A DNA stretch of 64,000 nt from Microgenomates group bacterium GW2011_GWC1_46_15 (GCA_001002285.1 LCLX01000004.1:6885-70884); one strand, 5' to 3'; positions 1 through 11,295 are shown, counted from the first letter of the stretch. Notes: a model not told the origin generated them from the letters alone. Translations and numbers: made by a program.

Positions 1-375
1 AAGGTTGCGGTTACAACCAATGCCCATTTTGCTTCACAGGAAGGATTTGTTTCCGATGGCTACCTATTTGGTGACGGCGTGTGTCATTTAGCCTCACTCA
101 TCAACTGGGCTGCCCAGGATGCGGGGCTTGAAGTTCTTGTAACAAAGAACCATAACTTTGCGGCGATTCCTGACGTTCCAAAACAGTATGGCGTGTCCAT
201 TTACACGAACGTGGCGGACAAAAATTCAGGAACACGGAATAATCTATACATTACAAATAACCGAAACCATGACGTGGTGTTTCATTTTGAGTACACAGAA
301 GACCGCACACTCAACGTGTTTGTAACGGAAGACACAGCATCGTCTAGGGTTATGATCGCGCAGACTTTATTTTAA
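1..375 (+). CDS. Hypothetical protein, 5'-partial (reading frame is open back to window position 1)
   Basis: ORF track 79..375; frame 1 has no stop from nt 1, so the gene likely begins upstream of the window. No recognisable motif. Confidence 0.35.
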   Translation, partial: KVAVTTNAHFASQEGFVSDGYLFGDGVCHLASLINWAAQDAGLEVLVTKNHNFAAIPDVPKQYGVSIYTNVADKNSGTRNNLYITNNRNHDVVFHFEYTEDRTLNVFVTEDTASSRVMIAQTLF

Positions 376-1033
376 GCGACCACCACAACGCAATCCGCAT
401 CACGATCACAATCGTCATGAACGCAAGCACGAGAAGGCTTGTTGACGGGGGCGTTTTCATTCCACCGGTGTACCATCGGATAATATAGACAGACTTCAAT
501 AGATAGACGTGAGCGAAAATCAGTAGAACAGCAATATACCCAGTCCGCAGAATCTTCCGCCACGCTTTACCACCAAGCACATTTGCCGCGTATTGATTGG
601 ACACGAACGCCATGCATGCAAATATACCAACCGCAAGCGCGCCAGTCAGCGCGGGCCACATCTTTCCCTGTTGCCACATCGCAAACGTGAATAACTTTTG
701 CACAGTGGAAAACGACAATCCGATATGGACCAATCCAAACGCCAAGCCCATCAACCCCAATTGCTTACGGTACACAATTTTTGTATCAACAAAGTTCCAA
801 AAATAACACAAACTACTTAATAGCATGGAAAGACCAATCAGGATAATCGAAGTGTCAGCGACTGCTTTATTGAGTGGATTCGGTGTTTTAAGCCAAGTGA
901 TGTACCAATAGGAGAGGGCAAAAAGCACGAGGCCTAAAATCAACGTCCGCACATAGAGCTGAAACTCGGACACGGGTCCAACTCTTTTTACTACCTGGTT
1001 GTGCCATTTGTCATACAACATAGATATATCCAC
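350..1033 (-). CDS. Polytopic integral membrane protein (about 6 TM), possibly ferric-reductase/MsrQ-like
   Basis: 227 aa, multiple hydrophobic helices with His residues inside the helices. Family assignment is weak. Confidence 0.45.
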   Translation of the reverse strand: MDISMLYDKWHNQVVKRVGPVSEFQLYVRTLILGLVLFALSYWYITWLKTPNPLNKAVADTSIILIGLSMLLSSLCYFWNFVDTKIVYRKQLGLMGLAFGLVHIGLSFSTVQKLFTFAMWQQGKMWPALTGALAVGIFACMAFVSNQYAANVLGGKAWRKILRTGYIAVLLIFAHVYLLKSVYIIRWYTGGMKTPPSTSLLVLAFMTIVIVMRIALWWSLKIKSARS

Positions 1034-1079
1034 TATAGCAGAAATATTTTTTGTTTTTCAAGTTTCTTGTTTCCTCAGG

Positions 1080-1943
1080 TTACGCGTACTCCCCAAACAC
1101 GGCTTTCAGTGAAACGTGTGTTGGAAATTGTTGAACAAGCGGTTTATCTGAGAGCTGTTGTAGTTGTTTGTGATATGGCACCGCGTCTGGATTTTCATAG
1201 AACAACCCAATGGGCAACCGGTCTTCCTGATTTGAAAGCGCCCACGCTTTTGCCGGATCATTCGATAGATACCCCTCGCTTTCCAGTTTGTAGATTTTTT
1301 GCTGAAACCACTGGTGTGTATTGAGTTTATTAAACGTTACACACGGCTGAAACACGTCGAGCAACGAAAATCCAGTGTGCATGATCGCTTTTTTAATCAT
1401 TTCGGTTGTGTAGAGAATATCGCCGGCGTAGCTCCGGCCGATCCAGCTGGCTTGCGCGGAGAGCGCGAGCGCGACGGGATTCACGGGGTTTTCGATAAGT
1501 CCATTTGGCGTTGAAGAAGTTTTAACTCCCTTGGTTGTTGTGGGCGATGCTTGCCCTTTGGTAAGTCCGTATGTTTGATTGTTGTGCACAAGCAAAGTGA
1601 TGTCATGGTTTCCGCGGCATGCCGCAATAAAATGGCCCATCCCTTCCCCGTAGATTCCTCCGTCTCCGCCGATCACCAACACTTTGAGACCGTGGTTTGC
1701 CATTTTAATTCCCTCGGCGATGGGAACAGACCGCCCGTGCAGTGAGTGAAACCCGTACACGCGCAGAAAATCTGCCATGTTTCCGCTGCACCCAATATCG
1801 AACACAATCACGAGCTGCTCTTCGGGAATAGCGAGTTCCGTGAGCGCTTTTTTGATTGCACCCCAAATGCCAAAGTCACCGCATCCCGGGCACCACGTGG
1901 GGAAGATTGACGTGTGAAGTGAGATATCGCTTAGCGTGTTCAT
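1080..1943 (-). CDS. 2-oxoacid:ferredoxin oxidoreductase beta subunit (TPP-binding)
   Basis: Sequence shows the CPGCG motif and a GDGG TPP-binding motif. Start trimmed to MNTLSD so the ATG overlaps the korA stop (ATGA, 4-nt overlap), which is typical coupling. Confidence 0.85.
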   Translation of the reverse strand: MNTLSDISLHTSIFPTWCPGCGDFGIWGAIKKALTELAIPEEQLVIVFDIGCSGNMADFLRVYGFHSLHGRSVPIAEGIKMANHGLKVLVIGGDGGIYGEGMGHFIAACRGNHDITLLVHNNQTYGLTKGQASPTTTKGVKTSSTPNGLIENPVNPVALALSAQASWIGRSYAGDILYTTEMIKKAIMHTGFSLLDVFQPCVTFNKLNTHQWFQQKIYKLESEGYLSNDPAKAWALSNQEDRLPIGLFYENPDAVPYHKQLQQLSDKPLVQQFPTHVSLKAVFGEYA

Positions 1944-3670
1944 AAAGTTTTTGTTTCCTTTTTCTGATTTTCGACCCAATCAACAATGTCTTCGGCAAAG
2001 AATGGCCGCCCATCATACCGGTTGATCCGTTCGCGCATTGTGATGCCGGTTTGTTCGCGGATGTACATCTCGCATTGACGCGTTGCGTTTCCCTCGATCA
2101 TAACCAACCGTTTCGCGCGTTTTGCGAGTTCAGCAAACGCATCTGCGGGAAATGGCATGAGACCGTGAAGGTGGATGGCGTTCGCGGTGTTTGGGTGTGT
2201 TGTATTGAGTTGGCGAAGAACTTCTTGAATGACAAGTTTTGTTGAACCCCACTCAACAAATGTGATCTCAGCGTCTTGTGGGCCAAGAAGTTGAGGTTTT
2301 GGAATGAATGGGAGGATCGCGTCAATTTTCCGCAGGCGTTTCTCTACCATAGCTTTTGTCATTGCACCATCTTCGGTCGCGTATCCATGCTCATCGTGTT
2401 CATACGAGTTTGTAAGTTGCAAGCCGTGCGGTTGGCCCGGGAGCGAGCGGGGCGAAAATCCCTCCGGCGTTACGGCAAACCGTTTGTATGAATTGTCTTC
2501 GGGCAATGTTTCTTGGGCGAGCGAGTACCGTGTGTTTGTCCAGTCTTCTGCTGGCCGAACGATGCTTTGTGCCGACTCCAACACATATTTATCTCCCAAA
2601 ATAAACACCTGCGTGTGAAATTTTTCAGCAAGGACAAACGCTAACCGCGCGATAGAAAAACACTCCTCTATATCGCCTGGGGCGAGAACGACTTTTGGGA
2701 ACTCCCCGTGTCCGGCACGCATCACAAACTGTAAATCGGCTTGGCACGTCCACGTTGGAAGGCCCGTTGCCGGACCCGGACGCTGTCCTTCCACAACAAC
2801 AAGTGGCGTTTCCGCGATTCCCGCGAGTGATACCGCTTCAACCATGAGCGCGAATCCACCGCCGGACGTTCCCACCATGGCCCGGACGCCAGCGTATGAA
2901 GCGCCAATAGCTTGGTTGATGGCTGAAATTTCATCTTCCGCGTGTTTTACAACCAACGGAAACCGCGTCTCGTTTTCGGCCATAAAATGGAGAATGGATG
3001 AGGTTGGTGTCATGGGATATGCGGCATAGAACTGTACGCCGGCTGCCAGCGCACCCAGCCCAATTGCATCATTTCCAGAAAGAAGGATTTGATTGTTTGG
3101 GTGTGGAGCAATGGTTTCGGCGCGCGCAAGGCCTTGTTCTTTTGTATAGGCGTATCCTTTTTCCGCGGCGGATTCGTCTTTTGCAACAACAGCTTCACCT
3201 TTTTTGTGGAACGCATCTTTAATCACGTCTTTGAGCACGGCAAGGTCAAGTCCGAGGAGCGCGCACGAAGCGCCAAGAGCAACCATATTTTCCGCAAGAC
3301 TGGAACCAGTGGTTTCGAGCGAAATCGCATGCATGGGCAAATCAAAAATCGTACTTGAAAGCGCATATTTTTCCCAGTTCAGTTTAGTATTTTTTTTATC
3401 AACGATAATCACCGTTTTTTTGGTGAACTCATCCAGGTGGAGCGCGATAGCATCTTCATTGAGCGCGACCATCACATCAAGAAGTTTTTGCTGGCAGCTT
3501 ACGGGATTTGTTGAGGCGCTGACCTGCATGGTGTTGTGCCCGCCACGGATCAGCGAAGGGTACTCCCCGTACGCGAAACTCCAGAGGCCGTGCCGGATAC
3601 ACGTTTTCGCGAAAATCGTACCGGTTACGGCGATTCCTTCACCCGCTTGTCCTGCAACTTTCCAGTTCAT
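1940..3670 (-). CDS. 2-oxoacid:ferredoxin oxidoreductase alpha subunit with fused N-terminal gamma domain
   Basis: 576 aa. N-terminal MNWKVAGQAGEGI is gamma-domain-like, followed by the alpha catalytic domain, i.e. a two-subunit OFOR architecture. Confidence 0.85.
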   Translation of the reverse strand: MNWKVAGQAGEGIAVTGTIFAKTCIRHGLWSFAYGEYPSLIRGGHNTMQVSASTNPVSCQQKLLDVMVALNEDAIALHLDEFTKKTVIIVDKKNTKLNWEKYALSSTIFDLPMHAISLETTGSSLAENMVALGASCALLGLDLAVLKDVIKDAFHKKGEAVVAKDESAAEKGYAYTKEQGLARAETIAPHPNNQILLSGNDAIGLGALAAGVQFYAAYPMTPTSSILHFMAENETRFPLVVKHAEDEISAINQAIGASYAGVRAMVGTSGGGFALMVEAVSLAGIAETPLVVVEGQRPGPATGLPTWTCQADLQFVMRAGHGEFPKVVLAPGDIEECFSIARLAFVLAEKFHTQVFILGDKYVLESAQSIVRPAEDWTNTRYSLAQETLPEDNSYKRFAVTPEGFSPRSLPGQPHGLQLTNSYEHDEHGYATEDGAMTKAMVEKRLRKIDAILPFIPKPQLLGPQDAEITFVEWGSTKLVIQEVLRQLNTTHPNTANAIHLHGLMPFPADAFAELAKRAKRLVMIEGNATRQCEMYIREQTGITMRERINRYDGRPFFAEDIVDWVENQKKETKTL

Positions 3671-3684
3671 ATGTGTATGGTATA

Positions 3685-3836
3685 GGAGTTACGCACATCA
3701 ACACAAGCAGGATGTTGCGCAGTCCAGAGGGGCTGTGAGCCGCCGACAAAATAATGGGAGGAATGTCCTCTCTCTTCTTGAGGCGGCGAGCGCAATCCCG
3801 CCCCTAGCGGGATGTCCCGATGGGCTGCGTAACTCC
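3685..3836 (-). ncRNA. Structured intercistronic RNA element / candidate cis-regulatory leader of korA (unknown class)
   Basis: GGAGUUACGCACAUC at 3685-3699 pairs with GAUG(GGC)UGCGUAACUCC at 3819-3836, a 15-bp closing helix with a 3-nt bulge. Internal hairpins: GCCGCC/GGCGGC, AUCCCGC-CCCUA-GCGGGAU, GAGGA-AUG-UCCUC. Visibly GC-rich by eye. Sits between the acd stop and the korA start. Confidence 0.3.
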
Positions 3837-3842
3837 TGCATG

Positions 3843-5843
3843 TTATCCTCGTTTCATGTCGGCAACAATGGCGCCGTTTTCCGTAATAAATAATGGGTTG
3901 ATTTCAAGCTCGGTAAGTTTGTTTGTTTCTAGCGCGCAGTGTTGAAGTGTATTAATCGTTTCAACGAGCGCATGTGTTTGTTCTTTGGTGAGAAGCGATG
4001 CGAGTTTTGTTTGCGAAAGTGTGTAGGCAATCACCGTTTTTTGCGCGGGAAGGAAAAAATACCTACGGTCGGCGAGTGTATCACTCAAGCTTCCTCCTAG
4101 ACCAACCGCGCAGTACCATCCAAACTGCGGATCACGGATCATACCCACAAGCGCCTCGTGCGCGTTTGTGATTGTTTCTTGAAACACAACGGGAGCGTTC
4201 CACTGTTTGAGATGGTTATACGCGACGCGCGCGTACCCAAGATCGTGAATATCCGCGATGACCGCCCCAAGTTTTGCTTTGTGTTTGAGTGCAAGATCGG
4301 TTGTTTTTGCAACGAGGGGAAAAGAAAGGGTTTCAAGTTCGGAAAAATCTTTTTCATCAGAAATAAGAACTTGTTTGGGAAAACGCAGACCGTACGATTC
4401 CAACACAGTTTGAAGATCAGAAAATGTTTCAGGATACGTGTGTGTGGTTTTTGTTGGTTGTGCGGATGATGAAAGAGATAAAACGGCATATGGCAGTGTT
4501 TTTTCCATGTTTCGTTGTGCCTGGACAAGCGCTTTCATCGTTTCAACAACTTCGTTTGGATACTCGGTCACAACAACACCCGCGTTCCGGAGTTTTTCCC
4601 TGTATGGTTCAAGTTGATCGCCGCCGGTGAGGCACGCGATCACCAACCGTTTCCCCCGGGGTTTCATCAACACCTTTGTTATGCCATCCATATCTGTAAT
4701 TGACTGCTGAGTCACAATGCACGCGAGCGCGTCAATATTGAGATCGTGTGAGAGGATGGTGAGCGCTTGGTCAAACATTTCGGGTGTTGCATCGCCAAGT
4801 AAATCAAGTGGGTTGGCTAGGCGGAGTGTCGGAAACTGTTCGGTAAGCGTGCTGGCTGTTTTTGATGAAAGAGATACGAGAGGCACTTCTGCCTGAACCG
4901 CTTCGTCAACGAGAACAACCGATGGGCCGCCTGCATTTGTAACAACCATAAGATGTTCGGGAAGAAACGCTGATTTTGCAGACGCGATGCTTGCGCGGAC
5001 GAGCTGTTCGAACGTTTCGACCATCACAATACCTGCCTGTTGTGCCGCATCGCGCAAAAGCGCTTGGGGGGTCGCAAGCGCCGCGGTGTGGGAAACGGCC
5101 GCAGAAATTCCACATTCAGTTGTTCCGCCTTTGAGCAAAAAGATAGGTTTTGATTTCACAATACGCGATGCCAGCGAAAGCAACACTGGAATATTGCGGA
5201 ACGACTCCATGTAGAGCACAATCACGCGCGTATGATGGTCTTTGGCTGCGTGTTCAAGCAAGGAAAGCTCGTCTATGCCCGCCCGATTTCCTAAACTCAC
5301 CGCAAACGATACTCCAGTTTTTGCGGATGCATACGCTTGAAATAACGCACTGAGCATTGCCCCAGACTGGCTGATTACCGCGATAGGGCCTGGAGTGACA
5401 TCGTCTGCGCCAAAACTCGCGTAGATATTGTCAAACGGAGCGATGTATCCCATCGTGTTTGGCCCAAGTAAAAGAATGTTCGCTTGTGAAAGTTTTTGAG
5501 TGATCCGGTCTTGCACCTCTTTTCCATTTTTACCGTTTTCCGCGAATCCGGAAGTAATAATAATCACTGCTTTGACATGTGTTTGGATGCACTCGTCCAC
5601 GATAGACTCAACGACAGTGGATGGAACTGCGATGATCGCAATATCAGCAGGATGCGGGAGTTCTTTAAGAGAGACAAACGTGCGAAGCCCCAACAGTGTT
5701 GACGCGTGCGGATTAATGGGAAACAACTCGAGATCGGAGTTTTTTTGCAGGCTTTTAAGAATGTGATGTCCAACTTTTTTTTGATCGCGCGAGGCGCCAA
5801 TCACCGCAATACTGCGGCACTGGAATAGGGCAGAAATATCCAT
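3843..5843 (-). CDS. Acetate--CoA ligase (ADP-forming), fused alpha/beta (NDP-forming acyl-CoA synthetase)
   Basis: CoA-binding domain RSIAVIGASRDQKKVGH, succinyl-CoA-synthetase-like flavodoxin and ATP-grasp domains. Start moved to MDISALFQ (5843); the 69-aa upstream extension in the ORF track overlaps the divergent gene. Confidence 0.8.
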   Translation of the reverse strand: MDISALFQCRSIAVIGASRDQKKVGHHILKSLQKNSDLELFPINPHASTLLGLRTFVSLKELPHPADIAIIAVPSTVVESIVDECIQTHVKAVIIITSGFAENGKNGKEVQDRITQKLSQANILLLGPNTMGYIAPFDNIYASFGADDVTPGPIAVISQSGAMLSALFQAYASAKTGVSFAVSLGNRAGIDELSLLEHAAKDHHTRVIVLYMESFRNIPVLLSLASRIVKSKPIFLLKGGTTECGISAAVSHTAALATPQALLRDAAQQAGIVMVETFEQLVRASIASAKSAFLPEHLMVVTNAGGPSVVLVDEAVQAEVPLVSLSSKTASTLTEQFPTLRLANPLDLLGDATPEMFDQALTILSHDLNIDALACIVTQQSITDMDGITKVLMKPRGKRLVIACLTGGDQLEPYREKLRNAGVVVTEYPNEVVETMKALVQAQRNMEKTLPYAVLSLSSSAQPTKTTHTYPETFSDLQTVLESYGLRFPKQVLISDEKDFSELETLSFPLVAKTTDLALKHKAKLGAVIADIHDLGYARVAYNHLKQWNAPVVFQETITNAHEALVGMIRDPQFGWYCAVGLGGSLSDTLADRRYFFLPAQKTVIAYTLSQTKLASLLTKEQTHALVETINTLQHCALETNKLTELEINPLFITENGAIVADMKRG

Positions 5844-5870
5844 ACACCCAGTGTACCATGTGAAGATGAT

Positions 5871-7058
5871 ATGATGAGGTGTATGAAGTATGTGGCCCGC
5901 CTCCAAATTTCCAGATATGTGTATGTGTTTATCGCAGCACTTCTCATTGTTCTTCCAGTGAGTGGTTATGTGATGCAGTGGACGGGGCAAAAATTGACGG
6001 CACTTCGTACGCGTGAAACAGAACTTCATGCAACGCTTTCTCAAACTCAAGAAGAACTCGATCGTCTAAAGAGTGAAGATCCGCGTAAAACTAACCAAGT
6101 TCTAAAACAGGAAATTCTTGACCTTAAAAAAACGTTTGTGGCGGCGATTAATGTATATGAGGATTTAGTCAAACTGCGTGAGAGCACACCAAAAACGAGT
6201 GCGCTAGATAGTCTTTTTGCTTCGGCGTTGACATATTTGGCAAAAGAAAACGTTGCTTCCGCGGACGCAACACTGAAAAAATTAGCGGATGGAATAAAAA
6301 CGGAAACGACAAAACTCGCCGTGGCGGTGGTGATTCCAGCAAATGTTCCTGAAAGCAATGCTCCACCAAGCTCCGGGTATAAACGGCAGAAAGTTGTTGT
6401 GGATGGCACCGGTTTTTTGGTTGATATTGTTGCCGCTGATCTTAACAGTACAAAAGTCATTATTGATACGGCATCTGACAACACGTGCGCGAATAACTGT
6501 CCGGTACTGCCACTCGCGGAGTACGCGGCACGAAGCGGCGCGTATGCCGGCATTAATGGCACCTACTTCTGCCCAGAAACATATCCAACCTGCGCGGACA
6601 AAAAAAACTCGTTTGACGTGCTCGTGATGAATAAAAATAAAGTGTACTTTAACTCAGATAATAATGTGTACAGCACCGTGCCGGCCGTTGTTTTTTCTGG
6701 AAACTCGATGCGATTGTATGCACAATCTCTACAATGGGGGCGTGATACCGGTGTTGACGCGGTTATTGCCAACCGTCCCCTTTTGGTCCAGGACGGGAAC
6801 GTGATGTTCGGTGGAAACGATGATGCAAAAGAATCGCTTCGGGGGAACCGGAGTTTTGTAGGTGGAAGCGGAAACATGGGATACATCGGAGTTGTTCACG
6901 GGGCGACGGTTGCCGAATCCGCAAAGACGCTACAGGCGTTGGGAATCCGAAATGCAATTAACTTAGATAGTGGTGGGTCTACTGCGTTGTGGGCTGGCGG
7001 ATACAAAGCTGGTCCGGGAAGAAACTTGCCGAATGTTGTGTTGTTTATACGGAAGTAG
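5871..7058 (+). CDS. Membrane-anchored protein with coiled-coil region and C-terminal phosphodiester glycosidase (NAGPA-like) domain
   Basis: N-terminal TM helix (YVYVFIAALLIVLPVSGYV), coiled-coil, then the C-terminal motif INLDSGGSTAL typical of the phosphodiester glycosidase family. Confidence 0.5.
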   Translation: MMRCMKYVARLQISRYVYVFIAALLIVLPVSGYVMQWTGQKLTALRTRETELHATLSQTQEELDRLKSEDPRKTNQVLKQEILDLKKTFVAAINVYEDLVKLRESTPKTSALDSLFASALTYLAKENVASADATLKKLADGIKTETTKLAVAVVIPANVPESNAPPSSGYKRQKVVVDGTGFLVDIVAADLNSTKVIIDTASDNTCANNCPVLPLAEYAARSGAYAGINGTYFCPETYPTCADKKNSFDVLVMNKNKVYFNSDNNVYSTVPAVVFSGNSMRLYAQSLQWGRDTGVDAVIANRPLLVQDGNVMFGGNDDAKESLRGNRSFVGGSGNMGYIGVVHGATVAESAKTLQALGIRNAINLDSGGSTALWAGGYKAGPGRNLPNVVLFIRK

Positions 7059-7071
7059 TGAAGAGTCAAAA

Positions 7072-8292
7072 TTAACGGTCGAAAGAAAATAGAATATCGG
7101 GAAACGCTTGGGTAAAAGAAACAACATCTTTTTTCACGTCTTTTCCCTTCATTGATTGATCCATGAGTTTTGCGACCGTTTGCATGTCTTTTTCCTTCAT
7201 TCCCCGCCTGGTAAGTTCTTGTGTTCCAATGCGGATAAAAAGCCGGTGCCCCAAAACATTGTCAAAATTTGTGGAGATGTTGTTTTGTAAAAGGTGTTTA
7301 TACAAGAGGAGCCGCTCTCCTTTATCATCAATGAATATGTGTGCCTGATGGTTTTCAGAATATCTTCCCGTGTTGGACTTGCGGACATTATATCCAAGTT
7401 TTACGAATGCTTCCGCAATGGCGTTTGAGTTTTTAATGACCTGTTCTGCATACTCTTTTCCAAATGCTTCGAGTTCAAGCAAAGTAATCGCTAACATAAT
7501 CATGTGATGGGTGTGTGGGCTCGAATATAAACATCCATTAATGATTTTGTTTGCCTTATCAGCAAGTTCTTGATCGCAGAATGCAATCATCCCTTTTTGT
7601 GGCCCTGGCAATGTTTTATGCGTATTTGCGCACACAACGCTTGCGCCTTCTTTTAATGGAGCTTGGAACTGTTGGCCCATAATAAGGCCCATTGTGTGAC
7701 TTGCATCATAAATAATAAGCGCCTTTGGCCCCACCGCCTCGCGCAATTCTCGCAGGTTATGTGGATTAATATAGTATGAAACATCAAGATAAATTGCTTT
7801 CGCTTTTGTTTTTCGGAATGTTTTTGCAGTTTCTTGAACATCAAATCGCAAGTGTTCAAGATCATACGAAACAAACGCGTGTTTTCTTCCCACTCTTGCC
7901 AAGATTCCTTCGGTGGCAAAATGGCCACCGTGATCGTGATGAACGGTAAGAACAGTGTCCCCAGGTTCTGTGGTCGAAAGGATGGCGCACATCATTGCGT
8001 GCACGCCGGACAAACAATGTAAATTAACAGCAACTGCTCCCAACATGCGCTTCGCCGCTTCTTCACCTTTTTCAATGAGCGCATGTGTGGAAGGAAGTCC
8101 CAACGCGGTAAACACGCCAAAATCTGCGACATTGTCTTTGCTTGCACCAAAATAATATCGTTCAGAAAGTTTTGTTCCTAGAAATTGGCTTGCTGTATGC
8201 GAAAGCTGTGCCTCATTTGCCGTGAGATGTAAAAACTCGGCATTCCGATGTTCTTCTTCATGAATCGCTTTGATATATGAAGAAATATCCAT
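7072..8292 (-). CDS. glyA: Serine hydroxymethyltransferase-like PLP enzyme (divergent GlyA)
   Basis: THKTLPGPQKG matches the SHMT PLP-lysine motif THKTLRGPRGG. 406 aa. Confidence 0.7.
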   Translation of the reverse strand: MDISSYIKAIHEEEHRNAEFLHLTANEAQLSHTASQFLGTKLSERYYFGASKDNVADFGVFTALGLPSTHALIEKGEEAAKRMLGAVAVNLHCLSGVHAMMCAILSTTEPGDTVLTVHHDHGGHFATEGILARVGRKHAFVSYDLEHLRFDVQETAKTFRKTKAKAIYLDVSYYINPHNLRELREAVGPKALIIYDASHTMGLIMGQQFQAPLKEGASVVCANTHKTLPGPQKGMIAFCDQELADKANKIINGCLYSSPHTHHMIMLAITLLELEAFGKEYAEQVIKNSNAIAEAFVKLGYNVRKSNTGRYSENHQAHIFIDDKGERLLLYKHLLQNNISTNFDNVLGHRLFIRIGTQELTRRGMKEKDMQTVAKLMDQSMKGKDVKKDVVSFTQAFPDILFSFDR

Positions 8293-8293
8293 G

Positions 8294-9583
<1,290 letters not shown>

Positions 9584-10555
9584 TTAAGTAAGTGACAACA
9601 CCTGATTGTAGTTGTCTTTGTACCGTTTTTCAAATGCAGGTTTTGTAAACGAATGTGTGATCGTTCCATATTTTTCAACGGTGTATACGGCAGCAATAGA
9701 TCCCATCTGCCCGCACGTTTGAAGATCAAACGTGCGCAAGTAGCCAGCAACAAATCCTCCACGATACGCATCACCCGCGCCGGTTGGATCAATCACGGCC
9801 TTTGCCTTTGCCGGGGCAATTTTAATAGTTTTTCCATGTGACTCAACTCGTGAACCTTTGCTTCCCAGTGTTGTGATAACGATAGGAACCATTTTTAAAA
9901 GTTGCGCGCGCGAAATGTTTAACCGTTTTTCCGTGAGCGCGATTTCGTAGTCGTTGCCGATAAATATTTCCGCGTGTGTGATACCATCGCGTAACTCATC
10001 AATCGGCAGTTCGCCGATTTGAAACGCGGGATCGTATAAATACCGCATTTTTTTTGCAACACACTGTTTGACGTAAGAAGCAAGTGCTAGCGGAGTATTT
10101 GATGCAATGACAACAAAATTCGCTTTTGGTAATAAAAGTGTGTGGGCGTACTTCATAGCGCCAAGGTAAAACGAACCGATTTGATTGTCTTCCATGTCGG
10201 TTGTAACAAAGTAAGCGCCTGTATCGACATCTCGAAATGTGCGGATGCCAGAAGTATCTATTCCATTTTTCTTTAAAAAGGCCATATATTTTGTAAAATC
10301 TTTTCCTCCCGGGGCAATCAAAATGGGATCAAGGCCAAGCAACTTTGTTGTATACGCAACATTCCCGCCCGTTCCACCAAACTGTTTTTTTAATGTGTTT
10401 ACTAAAAAACCGAGAGAAAGCTGGTGGATTTTGTCCGGCATAATGCGGTCCACAAACTTGCCGGGGAAATTCATAATGTAATCGTATCCAAGAGTGCCCG
10501 TCACAATGGGAGAAAGTTTTGCGGTTGGCATGGTGGCATCATAACATACCAGCAA
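9584..10555 (-). CDS. PfkB-family carbohydrate/nucleoside kinase (adenosine kinase candidate)
   Basis: DPTGAGDAYRGGF PfkB signature. Directly upstream of ahcY on the same strand. True start possibly at MPTAKL (10531). Confidence 0.7.
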   Translation of the reverse strand: MLVCYDATMPTAKLSPIVTGTLGYDYIMNFPGKFVDRIMPDKIHQLSLGFLVNTLKKQFGGTGGNVAYTTKLLGLDPILIAPGGKDFTKYMAFLKKNGIDTSGIRTFRDVDTGAYFVTTDMEDNQIGSFYLGAMKYAHTLLLPKANFVVIASNTPLALASYVKQCVAKKMRYLYDPAFQIGELPIDELRDGITHAEIFIGNDYEIALTEKRLNISRAQLLKMVPIVITTLGSKGSRVESHGKTIKIAPAKAKAVIDPTGAGDAYRGGFVAGYLRTFDLQTCGQMGSIAAVYTVEKYGTITHSFTKPAFEKRYKDNYNQVLSLT

Positions 10556-10569
10556 AGCAGAAAAATAGA

Positions 10570-11295
10570 CTACATCACCAGTGTAAAGAGGTAGACAAAC
10601 AATACGCCAAACAACGTCATCAAAATTGTTTTAATAGACGAATCTTTGCTGTGTGCCTCCGGAAGAATGTCAGATGTTCCAAGGTATAACAGAAGGCCGG
10701 CAAAACTTCCAAGGTAAAGGAGCAAAAGTTGTTGTGGAAGATAAAAAAAGAGTGTCGAAACTGCTCCAACCAACGGCGCAGCGGCATCTAAAATAATAAA
10801 TTTGAATGCCTTTTTTGATGAGTTTCCGTGCAACAGCATAAGTGAGCCCGTATTTAAACCATCAGAAAAATCGTGCGCGATCACGGCAAGTCCAACAAAT
10901 ACTCCAAGCGCGGGGGAAATCTGAAATCCTAGTCCAATCCCAACGCCGTCTAAAAAGGAGTGAAGTATTAACGCGACTGCGGATAACATACCAACGGTTG
11001 GGTGGCGGTGTTTTTCATACGAACCTTCCTGCGCGTGGTGAATAAGGACGAGTTTTTCCAAAAGATGAAATACAAGAAATCCAATGACAAATGCGATCAT
11101 TGGAATGCGGAAAGGCGTATTGGTTTTCTGCGCGAGATCAACCATTTCTGGAAAAAGATCAAACGCGACGACGGCAAGAATAACGCCGGCGGTAAATGCC
11201 AAAATCTTATGCAGTTTATCCTTATACCGGAGACTGATGAGTCCGCCAACAAGTGTTGATGCAAATGTGAGGAGTGCGAGCAAGAAAAACAACAT
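10570..11295 (-). CDS. ZIP-family divalent metal (zinc) transporter
   Basis: HSFLDGVGIG and IAHDFSDG ZIP motifs. 241 aa, multi-TM. Confidence 0.8.
   Translation of the reverse strand: MLFFLLALLTFASTLVGGLISLRYKDKLHKILAFTAGVILAVVAFDLFPEMVDLAQKTNTPFRIPMIAFVIGFLVFHLLEKLVLIHHAQEGSYEKHRHPTVGMLSAVALILHSFLDGVGIGLGFQISPALGVFVGLAVIAHDFSDGLNTGSLMLLHGNSSKKAFKFIILDAAAPLVGAVSTLFFYLPQQLLLLYLGSFAGLLLYLGTSDILPEAHSKDSSIKTILMTLFGVLFVYLFTLVM

Noticed and set aside
3685-3836. 6S RNA, SRP RNA or RNase P identity for the structured acd-korA element (GGGAGGAA resembles RNase P CR-I)
   Set aside because: Too short for RNase P, and the downstream CR-I continuation (AGUCCGGGC) is absent. No SRP GGAA tetraloop or AGCAGCC context, and no 6S central bubble. 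Kept as an unclassified structured element.
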